A DNA stretch of 64,000 bases from Terriglobia bacterium (GTDB lineage: Bacteria; Acidobacteriota; Terriglobia; Acidiferrales; UBA7541), in contig OY968796.1 of assembly GCA_963695545.1 (NCBI GenBank), forward strand, positions 640,001 to 704,000, in the 5' to 3' direction. The first letter of the stretch is position 1. Each line of letters opens with the position of its first letter. Positions 38,775 to 58,471 of the stretch are shown one piece after another. The position numbers and the translations under genes were made by a program. The notes beneath the pieces were generated by a model that made no database searches, was not told the origin of the DNA, and saw only the letters and a list, made by a program, of their open reading frames with translations.

Positions 38775-39018
38775 GGCGACTCCTCTCGCTTCAGGTTGTG
38801 CGCAAGTTTCCGGATACCGGCCAGCGAATCTAGCACGGGATTCTGCGAACCGCCATGTTGCATGGGCCATAGATGGGCTTACCATACCGAGTGGCGGAGC
38901 GGGCGCGCCCAACGCGGTTCGGAATGTACGCATCGAAACCTGTGACGAGCGATCCGGGGCAGTCGCAATGAGCCGGGTTAGTGTAAGAGAAGATAAGCAA
39001 GGTGGTCGCCAAGTCGCC

Positions 39019-40023
39019 ATGCGAAGCAAGACAACCAAATTCGCTCGATGGGTGAGATGGAGTTTCCAGCCGATTGCGTGGACGCTCGTGCTGGCAATGT
39101 GTGTTGGCGGCGCTACCGTTGGGCGAGCGCAGGACGCGCCGGAATCCTCAAATCCGCCCGCGCCGCCGCCGAGCGACGCGCAGGCCACAGTTCCAGCGCC
39201 GCTGCCACAGGGAAAGAAACTGGTGCTGAAGGACGGGACATTTCAGATTGCGCGCGAATATTCGATCGAGGGCGATCGCGTGCGCTACTGGAGCGTCGAG
39301 CGATCCGACTGGGAGGAGATCCCGGCGAACCTGGTGGACTGGGACGCGACGAAAAAGGCTGAGGCGGACGAGCAGCAGAAGGAACAGGAGCTCGCGGAAA
39401 GGAATCGCGAGCGCATCCTGGCCGAAGAGACTAAGGGCGTCGATCAAGTGGATGCGAGTCTCGAAGTGCGTCCGGGGCTGCTTATGCCCGAAGGCGTCGG
39501 CATGTTCGTGCTGGCGAACCGGCAGTTCGTGGCGCTGAAGCAGGATCAAGCTCAATCGAAAACCGACGTCGGGCGGGAAGTCGAAAAGACCCTTTCGGGA
39601 ATATCCGTGATTCCCTCGAAGCATCGAATCGAGCTGCCTGGCAAGCACGCCGACCTGCGACTAAGCACCGGCGAACTGGAATTCTTCATGCGCACGGCCG
39701 ATCAACGCGAGCCGCGGATGATACTGGTGCGCGCGCAACAGCGGGGAGACAATCGCGTGCTCGAAACGGAGAGCACTTCGGCAGTAGAGGACGCCACGGA
39801 CAAAGGCGACGACATTTCGACGCTGCTTTGGGACCTGGCGCCGGGCGTTTATCGCTTCACGATCGATCAGGATTTGCCGCCAGGAGAATACGCGTTCGTC
39901 GAGAAGACTTCGGACGGAATCGACATCAACGTGTGGGATTTCGGCGTGGACGCGACGGGCAAGTCCGGGTCGGCCTCACCCACGGCCGCAGCGCCGAGTA
40001 GCGCGGCGGCGGCAAAACCCTGA
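39019..40023 (+). CDS. Secreted hypothetical protein
   Basis: Signal peptide ending GRA-Q; KLVLKDG N-terminal motif; C-terminal LPPGEYAF...VWDFGVD. Confidence 0.75.
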   Translation: MRSKTTKFARWVRWSFQPIAWTLVLAMCVGGATVGRAQDAPESSNPPAPPPSDAQATVPAPLPQGKKLVLKDGTFQIAREYSIEGDRVRYWSVERSDWEEIPANLVDWDATKKAEADEQQKEQELAERNRERILAEETKGVDQVDASLEVRPGLLMPEGVGMFVLANRQFVALKQDQAQSKTDVGREVEKTLSGISVIPSKHRIELPGKHADLRLSTGELEFFMRTADQREPRMILVRAQQRGDNRVLETESTSAVEDATDKGDDISTLLWDLAPGVYRFTIDQDLPPGEYAFVEKTSDGIDINVWDFGVDATGKSGSASPTAAAPSSAAAAKP

Positions 40024-40053
40024 ACAAATTTTGACGCGACGGTTGGGACGGCT

Positions 40054-42714
40054 TCAGTTGATGTGGCTGCTGGCGGTGTGCTTGGCGGCGACGGCTTCGA
40101 TCTCGCTCACCAGCAAGGCGACCAAGTCCGACACGCGAAACGGCTTCTGAATCATGCGGCCGTGCTTTTCCTCGAGTCCTTCAAGAACGGCATCATCGAA
40201 CAAGTCGCCGGTCATAAAGACGAACAGCGGCACATGGCCCGTGCTGGCGCGGGCAACGCCGAGCAGTTTGTGGCGCAACTCATGGGCCGAGAGGGTTCCG
40301 TGGGGACTTGCCAGGTGCAGATCGCAGAGCACGACATCGTAAGCGTACTGACGCACACGTGAGAGCGCCTCGTCGGCTGTCGCAACCGTATGGACAACCA
40401 TACCGCGCGCCGACAGGCCATCCTGTATCAACTCACGGATAGCGTCTTCGTCGTCGACGACCAGCACGCCGCGGCCATCGAGAGGCGAGGGCGGCAAGGC
40501 AACCGCCTGCGGGCCGGCGGATTCGGCATCGAACACAACTTGCGACGGACGGCTTACCGGCAGAGCGATGACGAATAGCGAACCGCCGGCGGGCAACGGC
40601 TCAGCCGTGATGTTGCCGCCGTGCTCGCGGACGATAGCCATGGAGATGCTGAGTCCAAGACCGGTGCCGCGGCCGGGGCGTTTGGTGGTGAAGAAAGGAT
40701 CGAAAATCTTGGAGAGAATCTCGCGGCTGATGCCCACGCCGTCGTCCTGGAACAGAATGCGCACAAAAGCGCCGGCCGGCTCAAGGCGAACTTTGACGGT
40801 GCCGCGATCGCGCACTTCGAGGATGGCCTGCTCGGCATTGGTGATGAGGTTCAGGAAAACCTGCATCAATTGATTCATGTCTCCCAGCACCATCGGCAGA
40901 TCGGCGCGGGGCTCGAAATCCAGGACGATGTTGTTGGTGCGCAACGAATATTCGTGGAGCTGGAGCGTGCGCTGCAATGCGTCGTTCAATTGCAGGGGCA
41001 CCTTGCGGGGAGATGGCGGCCGCGAAAAAGTGAGCAAGCTCTGGACGATGTGCGCGGCGCGGCGCGCCTGGCGGTGGGCGAGATCGAGCTGACGCCGCAT
41101 CCCGGGTTCCTCCACGCCTTCGCGGACAAGCTCGGTTACGCCGAGGATGGCGGTCAGTGGATTATTGAGCTCGTGAGCCACGCCGGCGATCATTTGTCCC
41201 ATGGCCGCCAGGCGCTCGGACTGCACAAGCTGCTGCTCGACGTGGCGCTGTTCGGTGATGTCGCGCGCGGAAGCGATGACGCCCTCGATGCGGCCTTCGG
41301 TATCCACGACAGGCCGCACGGTGGTGCGCATCAGGCGCCATTCGCCGGTCTTGTGGCGAGCGCGATACTCGATGGTGCCGTGGGTGCCGCGCCCAGCTAT
41401 GAGCTCACGAAGCATGGCGAGCAGCGCGGGGGAATCTTCAGGGTCGGCGTGCTCTCCCAACCGCGAGCAGATGATCTCTTCCGGCTCGTATCCCAGGACG
41501 TCCTTGAGGCTGGGGCTTGCAAAGGTATAGCGCAATTCGCGATCGAGAACGAAGACCAGATCGGGCAAGCTGTCCATCAGGCGCCGGGCGAATTCGCGTT
41601 CGCGGCGGAGCCGGCGCTCCATCTCTTTGTGCTCGGTTAAATCGACGACCGTGCCGTGGAAACGGACGATCTTGCCAACCGAATCGCGAATCGCGGAAAT
41701 CGAATGCAGGCCGATCACTTCCTCGCCGCGTTTGGCGCGGAGCGCGAGCTGGCGGCCGCGAATCAGGCCCTCTTGTGCGAGCGCGGACTGATCGGCAGCG
41801 CATTCGGCAGGATCCGCGTAGAGATCGCTAAGGGGCAGGCCGATCATTTCTCCCGGGTTCGTGTAGCCAAGGAGACTAACAAGCGCGGGGTTGGCGTCAG
41901 AGATGCGGCCATCGGGGTCCGCGATGTAAACGCCCTCCTGGAGCGTCTCGAACAGTTCAGTGAAACGCGCTTCGCTCTCGCGATCCACGGTGACGTCATG
42001 CGCGAGAACGCTGACGCCGCAAACCGCGCCGTCGCGCACGATGGCGTGCATGACGCAATCGAAAAAGCGCGGCGTGGATTCCCGCTTCAATTGAACGGCG
42101 AGCACGCCGCTCCAGTGGCGACGCGCGAGGAGTCCGGGCAGCGCCTTTTTCGCGGCTTCCACCGCGCCGCCGTGCGGCAAGTCGACGAACTCATGGAGAC
42201 TCTTGCCTACAAGAGACTGGAACGGTGCGTCGAGCAGGCTGGAAAAGCTGCGATTGGCGGCCAGGATTTCGCCGGTCAGGGCGAGAGAGAATAGGTGATC
42301 GTCGAAGGTATCAATCAGATCGCGATAGCCCTGCTGCGAACGGGAGACCAGAGAGAAAAGCTGCTCGACTTGCTTGCCGTCCGAGCCGGGGGCGATCCGG
42401 CGTTGCTCGATTCCGCGGACCAGATTGCGCAGTTCGGATAGCTCCTTGGACTTCAGCCAGGTGTGGAGACCGAACAATGCCACGAGTACGACGAGGCTGA
42501 CCGGAAGCGCCTGGAGGTTGTATCGAAAGTCCCTGAGCCAACCCGGGGAGACGATAGCCAAGGCGACAGCCAGCGCGCCCAGAACCACGAGGGTCAGCCG
42601 CCAAAGACTCCGCTCCCTCCGCGCCAGGAGCTCGAGGTGGGCAGGCAGAACTTTCGAGATTTCACCGTCGGCGGGACGATCCGAGCCGGCGCCAGGCAAG
42701 TCCACTTCGGTCAT
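40054..42714 (-). CDS. Hybrid sensor histidine kinase (2 TM, 3 PAS, HisKA/HATPase, receiver)
   Basis: GVAHELNNPL, QVFLNLITNA, FDPFFTTK..GRGTGLGL, VLVVDDE...CD...KPF. Confidence 0.95.
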   Translation of the reverse strand: MTEVDLPGAGSDRPADGEISKVLPAHLELLARRERSLWRLTLVVLGALAVALAIVSPGWLRDFRYNLQALPVSLVVLVALFGLHTWLKSKELSELRNLVRGIEQRRIAPGSDGKQVEQLFSLVSRSQQGYRDLIDTFDDHLFSLALTGEILAANRSFSSLLDAPFQSLVGKSLHEFVDLPHGGAVEAAKKALPGLLARRHWSGVLAVQLKRESTPRFFDCVMHAIVRDGAVCGVSVLAHDVTVDRESEARFTELFETLQEGVYIADPDGRISDANPALVSLLGYTNPGEMIGLPLSDLYADPAECAADQSALAQEGLIRGRQLALRAKRGEEVIGLHSISAIRDSVGKIVRFHGTVVDLTEHKEMERRLRREREFARRLMDSLPDLVFVLDRELRYTFASPSLKDVLGYEPEEIICSRLGEHADPEDSPALLAMLRELIAGRGTHGTIEYRARHKTGEWRLMRTTVRPVVDTEGRIEGVIASARDITEQRHVEQQLVQSERLAAMGQMIAGVAHELNNPLTAILGVTELVREGVEEPGMRRQLDLAHRQARRAAHIVQSLLTFSRPPSPRKVPLQLNDALQRTLQLHEYSLRTNNIVLDFEPRADLPMVLGDMNQLMQVFLNLITNAEQAILEVRDRGTVKVRLEPAGAFVRILFQDDGVGISREILSKIFDPFFTTKRPGRGTGLGLSISMAIVREHGGNITAEPLPAGGSLFVIALPVSRPSQVVFDAESAGPQAVALPPSPLDGRGVLVVDDEDAIRELIQDGLSARGMVVHTVATADEALSRVRQYAYDVVLCDLHLASPHGTLSAHELRHKLLGVARASTGHVPLFVFMTGDLFDDAVLEGLEEKHGRMIQKPFRVSDLVALLVSEIEAVAAKHTASSHIN

Positions 42715-43092
42715 GCGCACCCCATGGTGGTCTGGGACAGCCTGACGGCGCCGCCTCCGACGAGGGCTTGGTTCACCAAGGATAGAGAAGGGGCCGGAAC
42801 GAGACAATAGGAAATGGTCCGCGGATTGACCGAAGATATAACCCCGGGGTGCTAATTTGCGCACCGTCGGCGAAGCATGTGGCGCGCGCGGCCACCTGGG
42901 TTCGCGCCGGTTGGGAGCGAGCAAAGCTGACCTGGGTGTGCCCGCCGACGTGCCTTTCGCGCCATTACCTTTCGGGCACTTTAAACGCACTTTAAACTAG
43001 AGTCCTATGGTGCCCGAATGCTCTTCGCGAGAACCTGTGCGGGTGGGATTTATCCCGATTCCTAGAGCTATTCCTGTGGAGAGAGGCGCGTA

Positions 43093-44052
43093 ATGAAGAG
43101 CAGGTGGATTGCTCGTCTGGCCGATGTGAATAAAGAGTTGCTGCTGATATTCTCGATCATCGCGGCGACCGGCGTGGTCAACTTCTTCGTGGCGGGTCAG
43201 CGGCTGGTGCTGACGTTCTACAATCTTCCAACTTTGCTGGCGGCGTATTATTTCGGGCGACGCCGAGCCGTGGAGGCCGCGCTGGCCTCGGTCCTGTTCG
43301 TTTTTTGGATGGACATGATGAATCCGAAGGTGCTGGGCGGCTCGTCCGTCGGTGCAGAGCGCATATTGACCTGGTCCGACTTGGCCGTATGGAGTGGATT
43401 CTTGCTAGTCACCGCCTACGTGACCGGGAGCCTATACGAGCAGGGCGAGCGCCGACTGCGCGAATTGCGCGAGGCGTATTACGGCGTGCTGCAAATCCTG
43501 ACGCAGTTCGTGGGCAACGATAAATACACGCAAAACCATTCCTACCGTGTGTCCGTGTACGCCGTGCGTATCGCCGAGGAGATGCGTTTGCCGGATTCGC
43601 AATTGGAGGACGTGCGCGCCGCGGCGCTGTTGCACGACATCGGCAAGCTCGAGACCAGCCGCGACATCCTTTACAAGGCCGCGCGGCTGAGCGACGACGA
43701 AATCCAGGAAATGAAAACGCACGTGGAAAAAGGCATCGGAATGCTGCACCCGGTGGGCGGCTCGCTGCGACGCGTTCTGCCAATTATCCTGGCGCACCAC
43801 GACAAATTCGATGGCTCAGGCCATCACCCGACGAAAGGCCATCAAATCCCGGTCGAAGCGCGAATCATTTCCGTGGCGGACGTGTACGATTCGCTGGTCA
43901 GCGACCGGCCGTACCGGAAGGCGCTATCGCCGTTTGAAGCGCGCGACACCATCGTGAAGGGCGCAGGCTCGGATTTCGATCCGGCTGTGGTGAAGGCGTT
44001 TGAATCCGCTTTCCGCAAACAAGAGATGGAAGTTCCTGAAGTGCTGGTGTAA
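43093..44052 (+). CDS. Membrane-bound HD-GYP domain protein (putative cyclic dinucleotide phosphodiesterase)
   Basis: YTQNHSYRV, LLHDIGK, HHDKFDGSGHHP, VADVYDSLVSDRPYRK. Confidence 0.92.
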   Translation: MKSRWIARLADVNKELLLIFSIIAATGVVNFFVAGQRLVLTFYNLPTLLAAYYFGRRRAVEAALASVLFVFWMDMMNPKVLGGSSVGAERILTWSDLAVWSGFLLVTAYVTGSLYEQGERRLRELREAYYGVLQILTQFVGNDKYTQNHSYRVSVYAVRIAEEMRLPDSQLEDVRAAALLHDIGKLETSRDILYKAARLSDDEIQEMKTHVEKGIGMLHPVGGSLRRVLPIILAHHDKFDGSGHHPTKGHQIPVEARIISVADVYDSLVSDRPYRKALSPFEARDTIVKGAGSDFDPAVVKAFESAFRKQEMEVPEVLV

Positions 44053-44110
44053 AGGCAGGAACGCTCCAGCAAGACAAAAGATAGTCAAGCCACATCACGT
44101 GGCACAAAAT

Positions 44111-44144
44111 AAAAGGGCGCCCGGCTTATCGCCGGACGCCTTTT
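44111..44144. terminator. Bidirectional intrinsic terminator
   Basis: AAAA-GGGCGCCCGGC-TTATC-GCCGGACGCC-TTTT between the convergent HD-GYP gene and rpoC. Confidence 0.8.
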
Positions 44145-44165
44145 ACGCATTTATTGGACTGCTAT

Positions 44166-48365
<4,200 letters not shown>

Positions 48366-48496
48366 GGTGGTTTCCTCCTGCCCCGGCTTGCGCCGGAGCC
48401 CTCCCGGTTTCCCGGGAGTTCAAATCTTGTTCGGTCCTACGAAAAACCAAAATCGTCGCACCAATCATTGCGCCGCGCGGGCGCCTTCGTGCGCGC

Positions 48497-52960
<4,464 letters not shown>

Positions 52961-53167
52961 TCTGTTTTACCTCGCGACCCCTGAAGCTGAAGGCATGCGC
53001 CGGGCCGCCGAAGGGCGCGACATCGCGCGCCGCGTCCGGCGGTCCCGGCTGGAACCGTGTGACGACTGAAGAAGATGAAATACCAAACTCCGCGTAGGCG
53101 ACTCCGTCCGGCCTGCGGCCGGCCTTGCGACCGGCGCTGCCGCTAAGACTGAGACCGAAATGCCCCG

Positions 53168-53548
53168 CTACTTGACTTCGACTTTTGCGCCGACGTCTTC
53201 GAATTTCTTCTTGATCGTGGCGGCTTCGTCTTTGTTGACGCCGTCCTTGACCGTCTTCGGTGCGCCGTCGACCAAATCCTTGGCTTCTTTCAAGCCCAGG
53301 CTGGTGACTTCGCGGACGGCCTTGATCACGTTGATCTTGTTGGCGCCCACGTCTGTCAGCACGACCGTGAATTCGGTCTGCTCTTCGGCAGGGGCAGCGC
53401 CGGCCGCGGCTCCGCCAGCTGCCGCAGCGGGTGCCGCAGAGGCCGCCGAAACGCCGAAGGTCTCTTCCATTTTCTTGACCAGGTCGGCCGCCTCGAGCAG
53501 CGTCAGGCCCTTGATCTCTTCCAGAATCGCTTCCACCTTGTTCGCCAT
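53168..53548 (-). CDS. rplL: 50S ribosomal protein L7/L12
   Basis: [31 protein letters not shown]. Confidence 0.99.
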   Translation of the reverse strand: MANKVEAILEEIKGLTLLEAADLVKKMEETFGVSAASAAPAAAAGGAAAGAAPAEEQTEFTVVLTDVGANKINVIKAVREVTSLGLKEAKDLVDGAPKTVKDGVNKDEAATIKKKFEDVGAKVEVK

Positions 53549-53578
53549 CGCCGTGTCTCTCCTGTTTTTTCTTTTGAA

Positions 53579-54106
53579 CTATTGTCCGAACTTTTCTGCC
53601 TTGACCGCCTCGTTCACCACCACGGCCAGATTCCGATTGAGCGCATTCAGCACCGAAGCAATGCGCTGCGCCGGTGCGTTCAGCAAGAACATGATTTTGC
53701 CGATCAACTCGTCCTTCGACGGGAGTGACGCCAATTGCTGAATTTCGGGAATCGAAAGAACCCGGCCGTCGACCAGACCCGCTTTAAATTTGAACGCCGG
53801 AACATCTTTCGCAACCTTGGTGAGCACTTTCGCCAGCGCCACCGGGTCCGTTGAGGTGTAGGCGATCGAATTTGTGCCCGACAAATTTTTCAGCAACGGC
53901 TCGGCCGGTGTGCCCGCGCCGGCAAGTTCGGCCAAAGTGTTTTTCACCACGCGATAGGTTCCGCCGGCGCCCTGCACGGCGCGGCGCAATTTGTTGTCGT
54001 CTTCCACCGTGATGCCCTGATAGGTGGTCAGGATCACGGTGGAGATGTGCGCGAGATCGGTCTTCAGCTTGTCGAGATCTTTCTGTTTTTCGCTGCGCTT
54101 TTTCAT
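53579..54106 (-). CDS. rplJ: 50S ribosomal protein L10
   Basis: YQGITV, VVKNTL, LASLPSKDEL. Confidence 0.97.
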   Translation of the reverse strand: MKKRSEKQKDLDKLKTDLAHISTVILTTYQGITVEDDNKLRRAVQGAGGTYRVVKNTLAELAGAGTPAEPLLKNLSGTNSIAYTSTDPVALAKVLTKVAKDVPAFKFKAGLVDGRVLSIPEIQQLASLPSKDELIGKIMFLLNAPAQRIASVLNALNRNLAVVVNEAVKAEKFGQ

Positions 54107-54120
54107 ATTTCCCGTTCCGG

Positions 54121-54834
54121 CTAGGCCGCCGCGGCCAGCGCCGCTTCGACTTCTTCCTCATTAATTTGGATGCCCGGTCCCATCGTCGAGGTTAGCGTGA
54201 CGCGCTTCACGTATTTGCCCTTGGCTGCCGCGGGCTTGGCTTTCAGGATCGCGGCGAGCAGCGAGCGCGCGTTGTCGGCGAGTTTGCCGGCGTCAAAACT
54301 GATCTTGCCCACCGGCGAATGAATGATTCCGGTTTTGTCCACGCGGAATTCCACTTTACCTGCCTTGATTTCGGCCACGGCCTTGGCGACCTCGAACGTC
54401 ACCGTGCCCGTTTTCGGATTCGGCATCAGGCCGCGCGGGCCCAGCACTTTGCCCAATCGACCGGCGGACTTCATCATGTCCGGCGTGGCGATCACGGCGT
54501 CGAAATCGGTCCAGCCTTCCTGGATTTTCTGCACCATGTCTTCGCCGCCCGCGAAATCGGCGCCGGCTTCTTCCGCTTCGCGGACTTTTTCGCCGCTCGC
54601 GATCACCAGCACGCGTTTTGATTTTCCCAATCCGTGCGGCAGCACAACCGTGCCGCGAACCATTTGGTCGGAGTGCTTGGGATCAACGCCCAAATTCACG
54701 ACCAATTCGACCGTCTCGTCGAACTTGACGAAATGCGCTTTCTGAAGCGCCGTGGCGGCGTCATTCAGCGTGTAGGGCCGCGCTTCGATTAACTTGCGCG
54801 CCTTCTCCGTGTTCTTGCCGACCTTGCGTGCCAT
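54121..54834 (-). CDS. rplA: 50S ribosomal protein L1
   Basis: [35 protein letters not shown]. Confidence 0.99.
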   Translation of the reverse strand: MARKVGKNTEKARKLIEARPYTLNDAATALQKAHFVKFDETVELVVNLGVDPKHSDQMVRGTVVLPHGLGKSKRVLVIASGEKVREAEEAGADFAGGEDMVQKIQEGWTDFDAVIATPDMMKSAGRLGKVLGPRGLMPNPKTGTVTFEVAKAVAEIKAGKVEFRVDKTGIIHSPVGKISFDAGKLADNARSLLAAILKAKPAAAKGKYVKRVTLTSTMGPGIQINEEEVEAALAAAA

Positions 54835-54846
54835 AGCGACTCTCTC

Positions 54847-55275
54847 CTAGCCTTCCACTTCGAGGCCCATGTTGCGGGCCGTGCCCATGATCGTGCGCAC
54901 GGCGGAATCGACGTTGGTGGTATTCAGGTCCGTGAGCTTCAATCGGGCGATGTCTTCCACCTGCTTCTTCGTAACTTTGCCGACTTTGGTGCGATTCGGC
55001 TCCGCCGATCCCTTGACGATTCCCGCGGCGCGCTTCAGAAGCTCGGAAGCCGGCGGCGTCTTGGTGATGAACGTGAACGTGCGATCCGTATAGATCGTCA
55101 CGAGCACCGGAATGATCATGCCTTCGGGCTCTTTCGCCGTCTTGGAGTTGAACTGCTTGCAGAACTCCATGATGTTCACGCCCTGCGGACCAAGCGCCGT
55201 GCCCACCGGCGGCGCCGGCGTGGCTTTGGCGGCCGGAAGCTGCAATTTCACTGTGCCTTGAATTTTCTTCGCCAT
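54847..55275 (-). CDS. rplK: 50S ribosomal protein L11
   Basis: [28 protein letters not shown]. Confidence 0.99.
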   Translation of the reverse strand: MAKKIQGTVKLQLPAAKATPAPPVGTALGPQGVNIMEFCKQFNSKTAKEPEGMIIPVLVTIYTDRTFTFITKTPPASELLKRAAGIVKGSAEPNRTKVGKVTKKQVEDIARLKLTDLNTTNVDSAVRTIMGTARNMGLEVEG

Positions 55276-55323
55276 TTTTCAGTTCCCTTTTGCTTTTACC
55301 GCCAGCCGCCTGCGGCGGCTCGA

Positions 55324-55857
55324 CTACGCCATCTTCTCGACTTGCACGAAATCGAGCTCGACCGGAGTCGAGCGTCCGAAAATCGTCACCGAAATCTTGA
55401 GCGTGCTGCGATCGGAATTGACCTCTTCCACCACGCCGGTGAAACTCGCGAACGGTCCATCGACGATGCGCACTTGTTCATTGCGCTCGAAAACCAGTTT
55501 CGGTTTCGGCTTGTCCGTCGCCGTAGTGACGCGATGCAGAATCTCTTCGATCTGCTCTTCAGAAAGCGGCGAAGGTGTTTGACCCGAACCGACGAAGCCC
55601 GTCACCTTGGGCGTCGAGCGCACCACGTGCCAGGTGTAATCGTCCATATCCATTTCCACCAGCACGTAGCCGGGAAACAGCATGCGTGGCGAAACGATTT
55701 TCTTACCGCCGCGCACTTCGACCACGTCTTCGGTAGGAATCATCAGCCGGCCGATCTTGTCCTGCAGACCGAATGCGGCGACGCGGCTCTCCAGGCTTTC
55801 CTTCACTTTCTTTTCAAAGCCCGAGTAGGTATGGATGATGTACCACTGCTTCGACAT
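55324..55857 (-). CDS. nusG: Transcription antitermination factor NusG
   Basis: [26 protein letters not shown] motif, [10 protein letters not shown]. Confidence 0.99.
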   Translation of the reverse strand: MSKQWYIIHTYSGFEKKVKESLESRVAAFGLQDKIGRLMIPTEDVVEVRGGKKIVSPRMLFPGYVLVEMDMDDYTWHVVRSTPKVTGFVGSGQTPSPLSEEQIEEILHRVTTATDKPKPKLVFERNEQVRIVDGPFASFTGVVEEVNSDRSTLKISVTIFGRSTPVELDFVQVEKMA

Positions 55858-55876
55858 GGGCACCCGGTTCCCTTAT

Positions 55877-56161
55877 CTAGTGCTTAAAAAAATTGAGCAT
55901 GCGCTGCATGATCCAGCTCGCGCCCGAATCAACAAAGAAAAAGAAAATTCCGAAAAACGCCACCGTGGCAATCACCACCGAAGTGGTCGTAATAACATCG
56001 TGCCGCGAAGGCCAGGTCACTTTCTTCATCTCGACCCGAACTTCGTGCAGAAACTTGTTCCAGCGCTTCGGCGTGTCAACGAGGCGCGCGAAAAAGCCCG
56101 GCTCTCCGCGATCTCGATCGTCGCGCCGTCCCGATTCCGTCGCCGTGGCCACCTTGTTCAC
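55877..56161 (-). CDS. secE: Preprotein translocase subunit SecE
   Basis: FLHEVRVEMKKVTWPS plus one TM helix; upstream of nusG. Confidence 0.96.
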   Translation of the reverse strand: MNKVATATESGRRDDRDRGEPGFFARLVDTPKRWNKFLHEVRVEMKKVTWPSRHDVITTTSVVIATVAFFGIFFFFVDSGASWIMQRMLNFFKH

Positions 56162-56239
56162 CGTCGCGCTTTCATTCTGCCTTCGCCGCGATTCTCGCTC
56201 GGCCGCTTGCCTCGTTGCCCTTCACGCGCCCAACCAATC

Positions 56240-56314
56240 TGGCAGGGGAGGAGGGAATCGAACCCCCACATCCGGTTTTGGAGACCGGCGGTCTACCGTT
56301 GAACCTACTCCCCT
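56240..56314 (-). tRNA. tRNA-Trp (CCA)
   Basis: Cloverleaf AGGGGAG...CTCCAAA...GGTTCGATTCC...CTCCCCT-G-CCA. Confidence 0.97.
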
Positions 56315-56370
56315 GTACCTGATCTCCCGTCCGGCCTTGGCGTAGCCGGCCTGCCGCGCTCGACACTCCG

Positions 56371-56520
56371 TTACTTCACCTCGCGGTGCACGGTGTGTTT
56401 CCGGCAGGTGTTGCAAAATTTCTTGGTCTCCAAGCGCTCGGTGTGCTTCTTCCGGTTCTTGGTGGTCGCGTAGTTCCGGTTCTTGCAATCGTTGCACTGC
56501 AGCGTGATCAGTTCGCGCAT
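56371..56520 (-). CDS. rpmG: 50S ribosomal protein L33 (Zn-binding type), absent from the ORF track
   Basis: Hand translation: [49 protein letters not shown]. Confidence 0.97.
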   Translation of the reverse strand: MRELITLQCNDCKNRNYATTKNRKKHTERLETKKFCNTCRKHTVHREVK

Positions 56521-56555
56521 GGCTCTTGGCCTTTGCTCCCCTTACTTTATGACTC

Positions 56556-57743
56556 TTACTCGATGATCTCGGTTACGGCGCCGGCGCCGACGGTGTGGCC
56601 GCCTTCGCGGATCGCGAAGCGCAAGCCCTTCTCTAACGCCACCGGCGTGATCAACGCGATTTCCATGGCCACGTTGTCGCCCGGCATCACCATCTCCACG
56701 CCGCCCGGCAACTTCACGTCACCCGTAACGTCCGTGGTCCGGAAATAAAATTGCGGACGGTATCCCGTGAAAAACGGCGTGTGCCGGCCGCCTTCTTCCT
56801 TCGTCAGCACGTACGCCTCGGCCTTGAACTTCGTGTGCGGCGTGATCGAACCCGGCTTGCAGATCACTTGCCCGCGCTCCACTTCTTCTTTTTCCGTGCC
56901 GCGCAGCAGCAAGCCTACGTTGTCGCCCGCCATGCCTTCATCCAGCAACTTGCGGAACATCTCGATGCCCGTCACGATGCGCTTCATCGTCGGTCGGAAT
57001 CCCACGATCTCAATTTCTTCCCCGACCTTCACCTTGCCGCGCTCCACGCGCCCGGTGACCACCGTGCCGCGTCCCGAGATTGAGAAAATATCTTCGATGG
57101 GCATGGCGAACGGCTTGTCCACATCGCGCACCGGCAACGGAATGCTCTTATCCACCGCGGCCATTAATTCAAGCACGCTCTTCTCCCACTTCTCTTCTCC
57201 ATTGAGCGCGCCCAAGGCCGAGCCGCGAATCACCGGAATCGTGTCGCCCGGATATTGATAGCTCTTGAGCAACTCGCGCACTTCCAGTTCAACCAGTTCC
57301 AAAAGTTCCGGATCTTCCACCGAGTCACACTTATTCAAGAACACCACGATGGCCGGCACGCCCACTTGCCGCGCGAGGAGAATGTGCTCGCGCGTCTGCG
57401 GCATCGGTCCATCGGTTGCCGCAACCACCAGAATCGCGCCATCCATCTGCGCCGCGCCGGTGATCATGTTCTTGATGTAATCCGCGTGGCCCGGGCAATC
57501 GATGTGCGCGTAGTGGCGATTGGCCGTCTCGTACTCCACGTGCGCCACGGCGATGGTGATTCCGCGCTCGCGCTCTTCCGGAGCGTTGTCGATCGAATCG
57601 AAGGCGCGAAATTGCACCTTCGGATCGTGCTTCGAGAGCACTTTGGTGATCGCCGCCGTCAAGGTGGTCTTGCCGTGATCGATGTGCCCGATCGTCCCGA
57701 TATTTACGTGCGGCTTACTCCGCTCAAACTTTTCCTTCGCCAT
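56556..57743 (-). CDS. tuf: Elongation factor Tu
   Basis: [30 protein letters not shown]. Confidence 0.99.
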   Translation of the reverse strand: MAKEKFERSKPHVNIGTIGHIDHGKTTLTAAITKVLSKHDPKVQFRAFDSIDNAPEERERGITIAVAHVEYETANRHYAHIDCPGHADYIKNMITGAAQMDGAILVVAATDGPMPQTREHILLARQVGVPAIVVFLNKCDSVEDPELLELVELEVRELLKSYQYPGDTIPVIRGSALGALNGEEKWEKSVLELMAAVDKSIPLPVRDVDKPFAMPIEDIFSISGRGTVVTGRVERGKVKVGEEIEIVGFRPTMKRIVTGIEMFRKLLDEGMAGDNVGLLLRGTEKEEVERGQVICKPGSITPHTKFKAEAYVLTKEEGGRHTPFFTGYRPQFYFRTTDVTGDVKLPGGVEMVMPGDNVAMEIALITPVALEKGLRFAIREGGHTVGAGAVTEIIE

Positions 57744-57880
57744 CGTTTCCTCTGCTCCTCAGTCAATTGAACGATTTTGATGTGTCGTTCGCTTCCGGGA
57801 GTCCCAAGCGATATCTAAAGCATTGCGCTCCGCGCAATCGTTTGAAGCACTGCGCTCCGCGCGGACCGGCTGAAACCAAG

Positions 57881-57955
57881 TGGAGCGGGGGACGGGATTC
57901 GAACCCGCGACCATCGGCTTGGAAGGCCGAGACTCTACCACTGAGTTACCCCCGC
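57881..57955 (-). tRNA. tRNA-Gly (TCC)
   Basis: GCGGGGG...CTTCCAA...GGTTCGAATCC...CCCCCGC-T-CCA. Confidence 0.97.
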
Positions 57956-58047
57956 CCGTTTCCGCTCCACGCGGAATCCAAGCTCCCCCAAAAAATCTTT
58001 CCACTTCATTCGCTCAGTGCACCTAACGCCGCGTTAAAACTCGATGC

Positions 58048-58123
<76 letters not shown>

Positions 58124-58246
58124 AAATTTACGACCGCGCTTCGCGCCGCCCCCGGGCGCATCCGGCGCGGGGTCCGCGCCTTCGATTGAGTTTTTTGTCG
58201 AGACTTCGCGTTTACCTGCCCTCAGGATTCATGCAATGCAGTCGAG

Positions 58247-58335
58247 TGGTGGACGGGGGAGGATTCGAACCTCCGTAGCCCGCAAGGAGCGGCAGATTTA
58301 CAGTCTGCTGGTTTTAGCCACTCACCCACCCGTCC
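58247..58335 (-). tRNA. tRNA-Tyr (GTA)
   Basis: GGACGGG...CTGTAAA, long variable arm, GGTTCGAATCC...CCCGTCC-A-CCA. Confidence 0.97.
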
Positions 58336-58471
58336 GCACGGGGAAACAAAACACACCGAGGCCCGGGTCTTCCTCCCTGACAGAAGACACTCGCGCCTCG
58401 ATTTGTAAAACGCTGGAACTCGCCCTCTCGCTTCCGACCCGAATAACGCCGCCGCACTCGCACCGAAACTC

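Noticed and set aside
42850..43090. Possible c-di-GMP riboswitch upstream of the HD-GYP gene or kinase
   Set aside because: I could not find the GGCAAA...GAAA...GACGCAAA pattern of class I, or a convincing class II pattern, on either strand.
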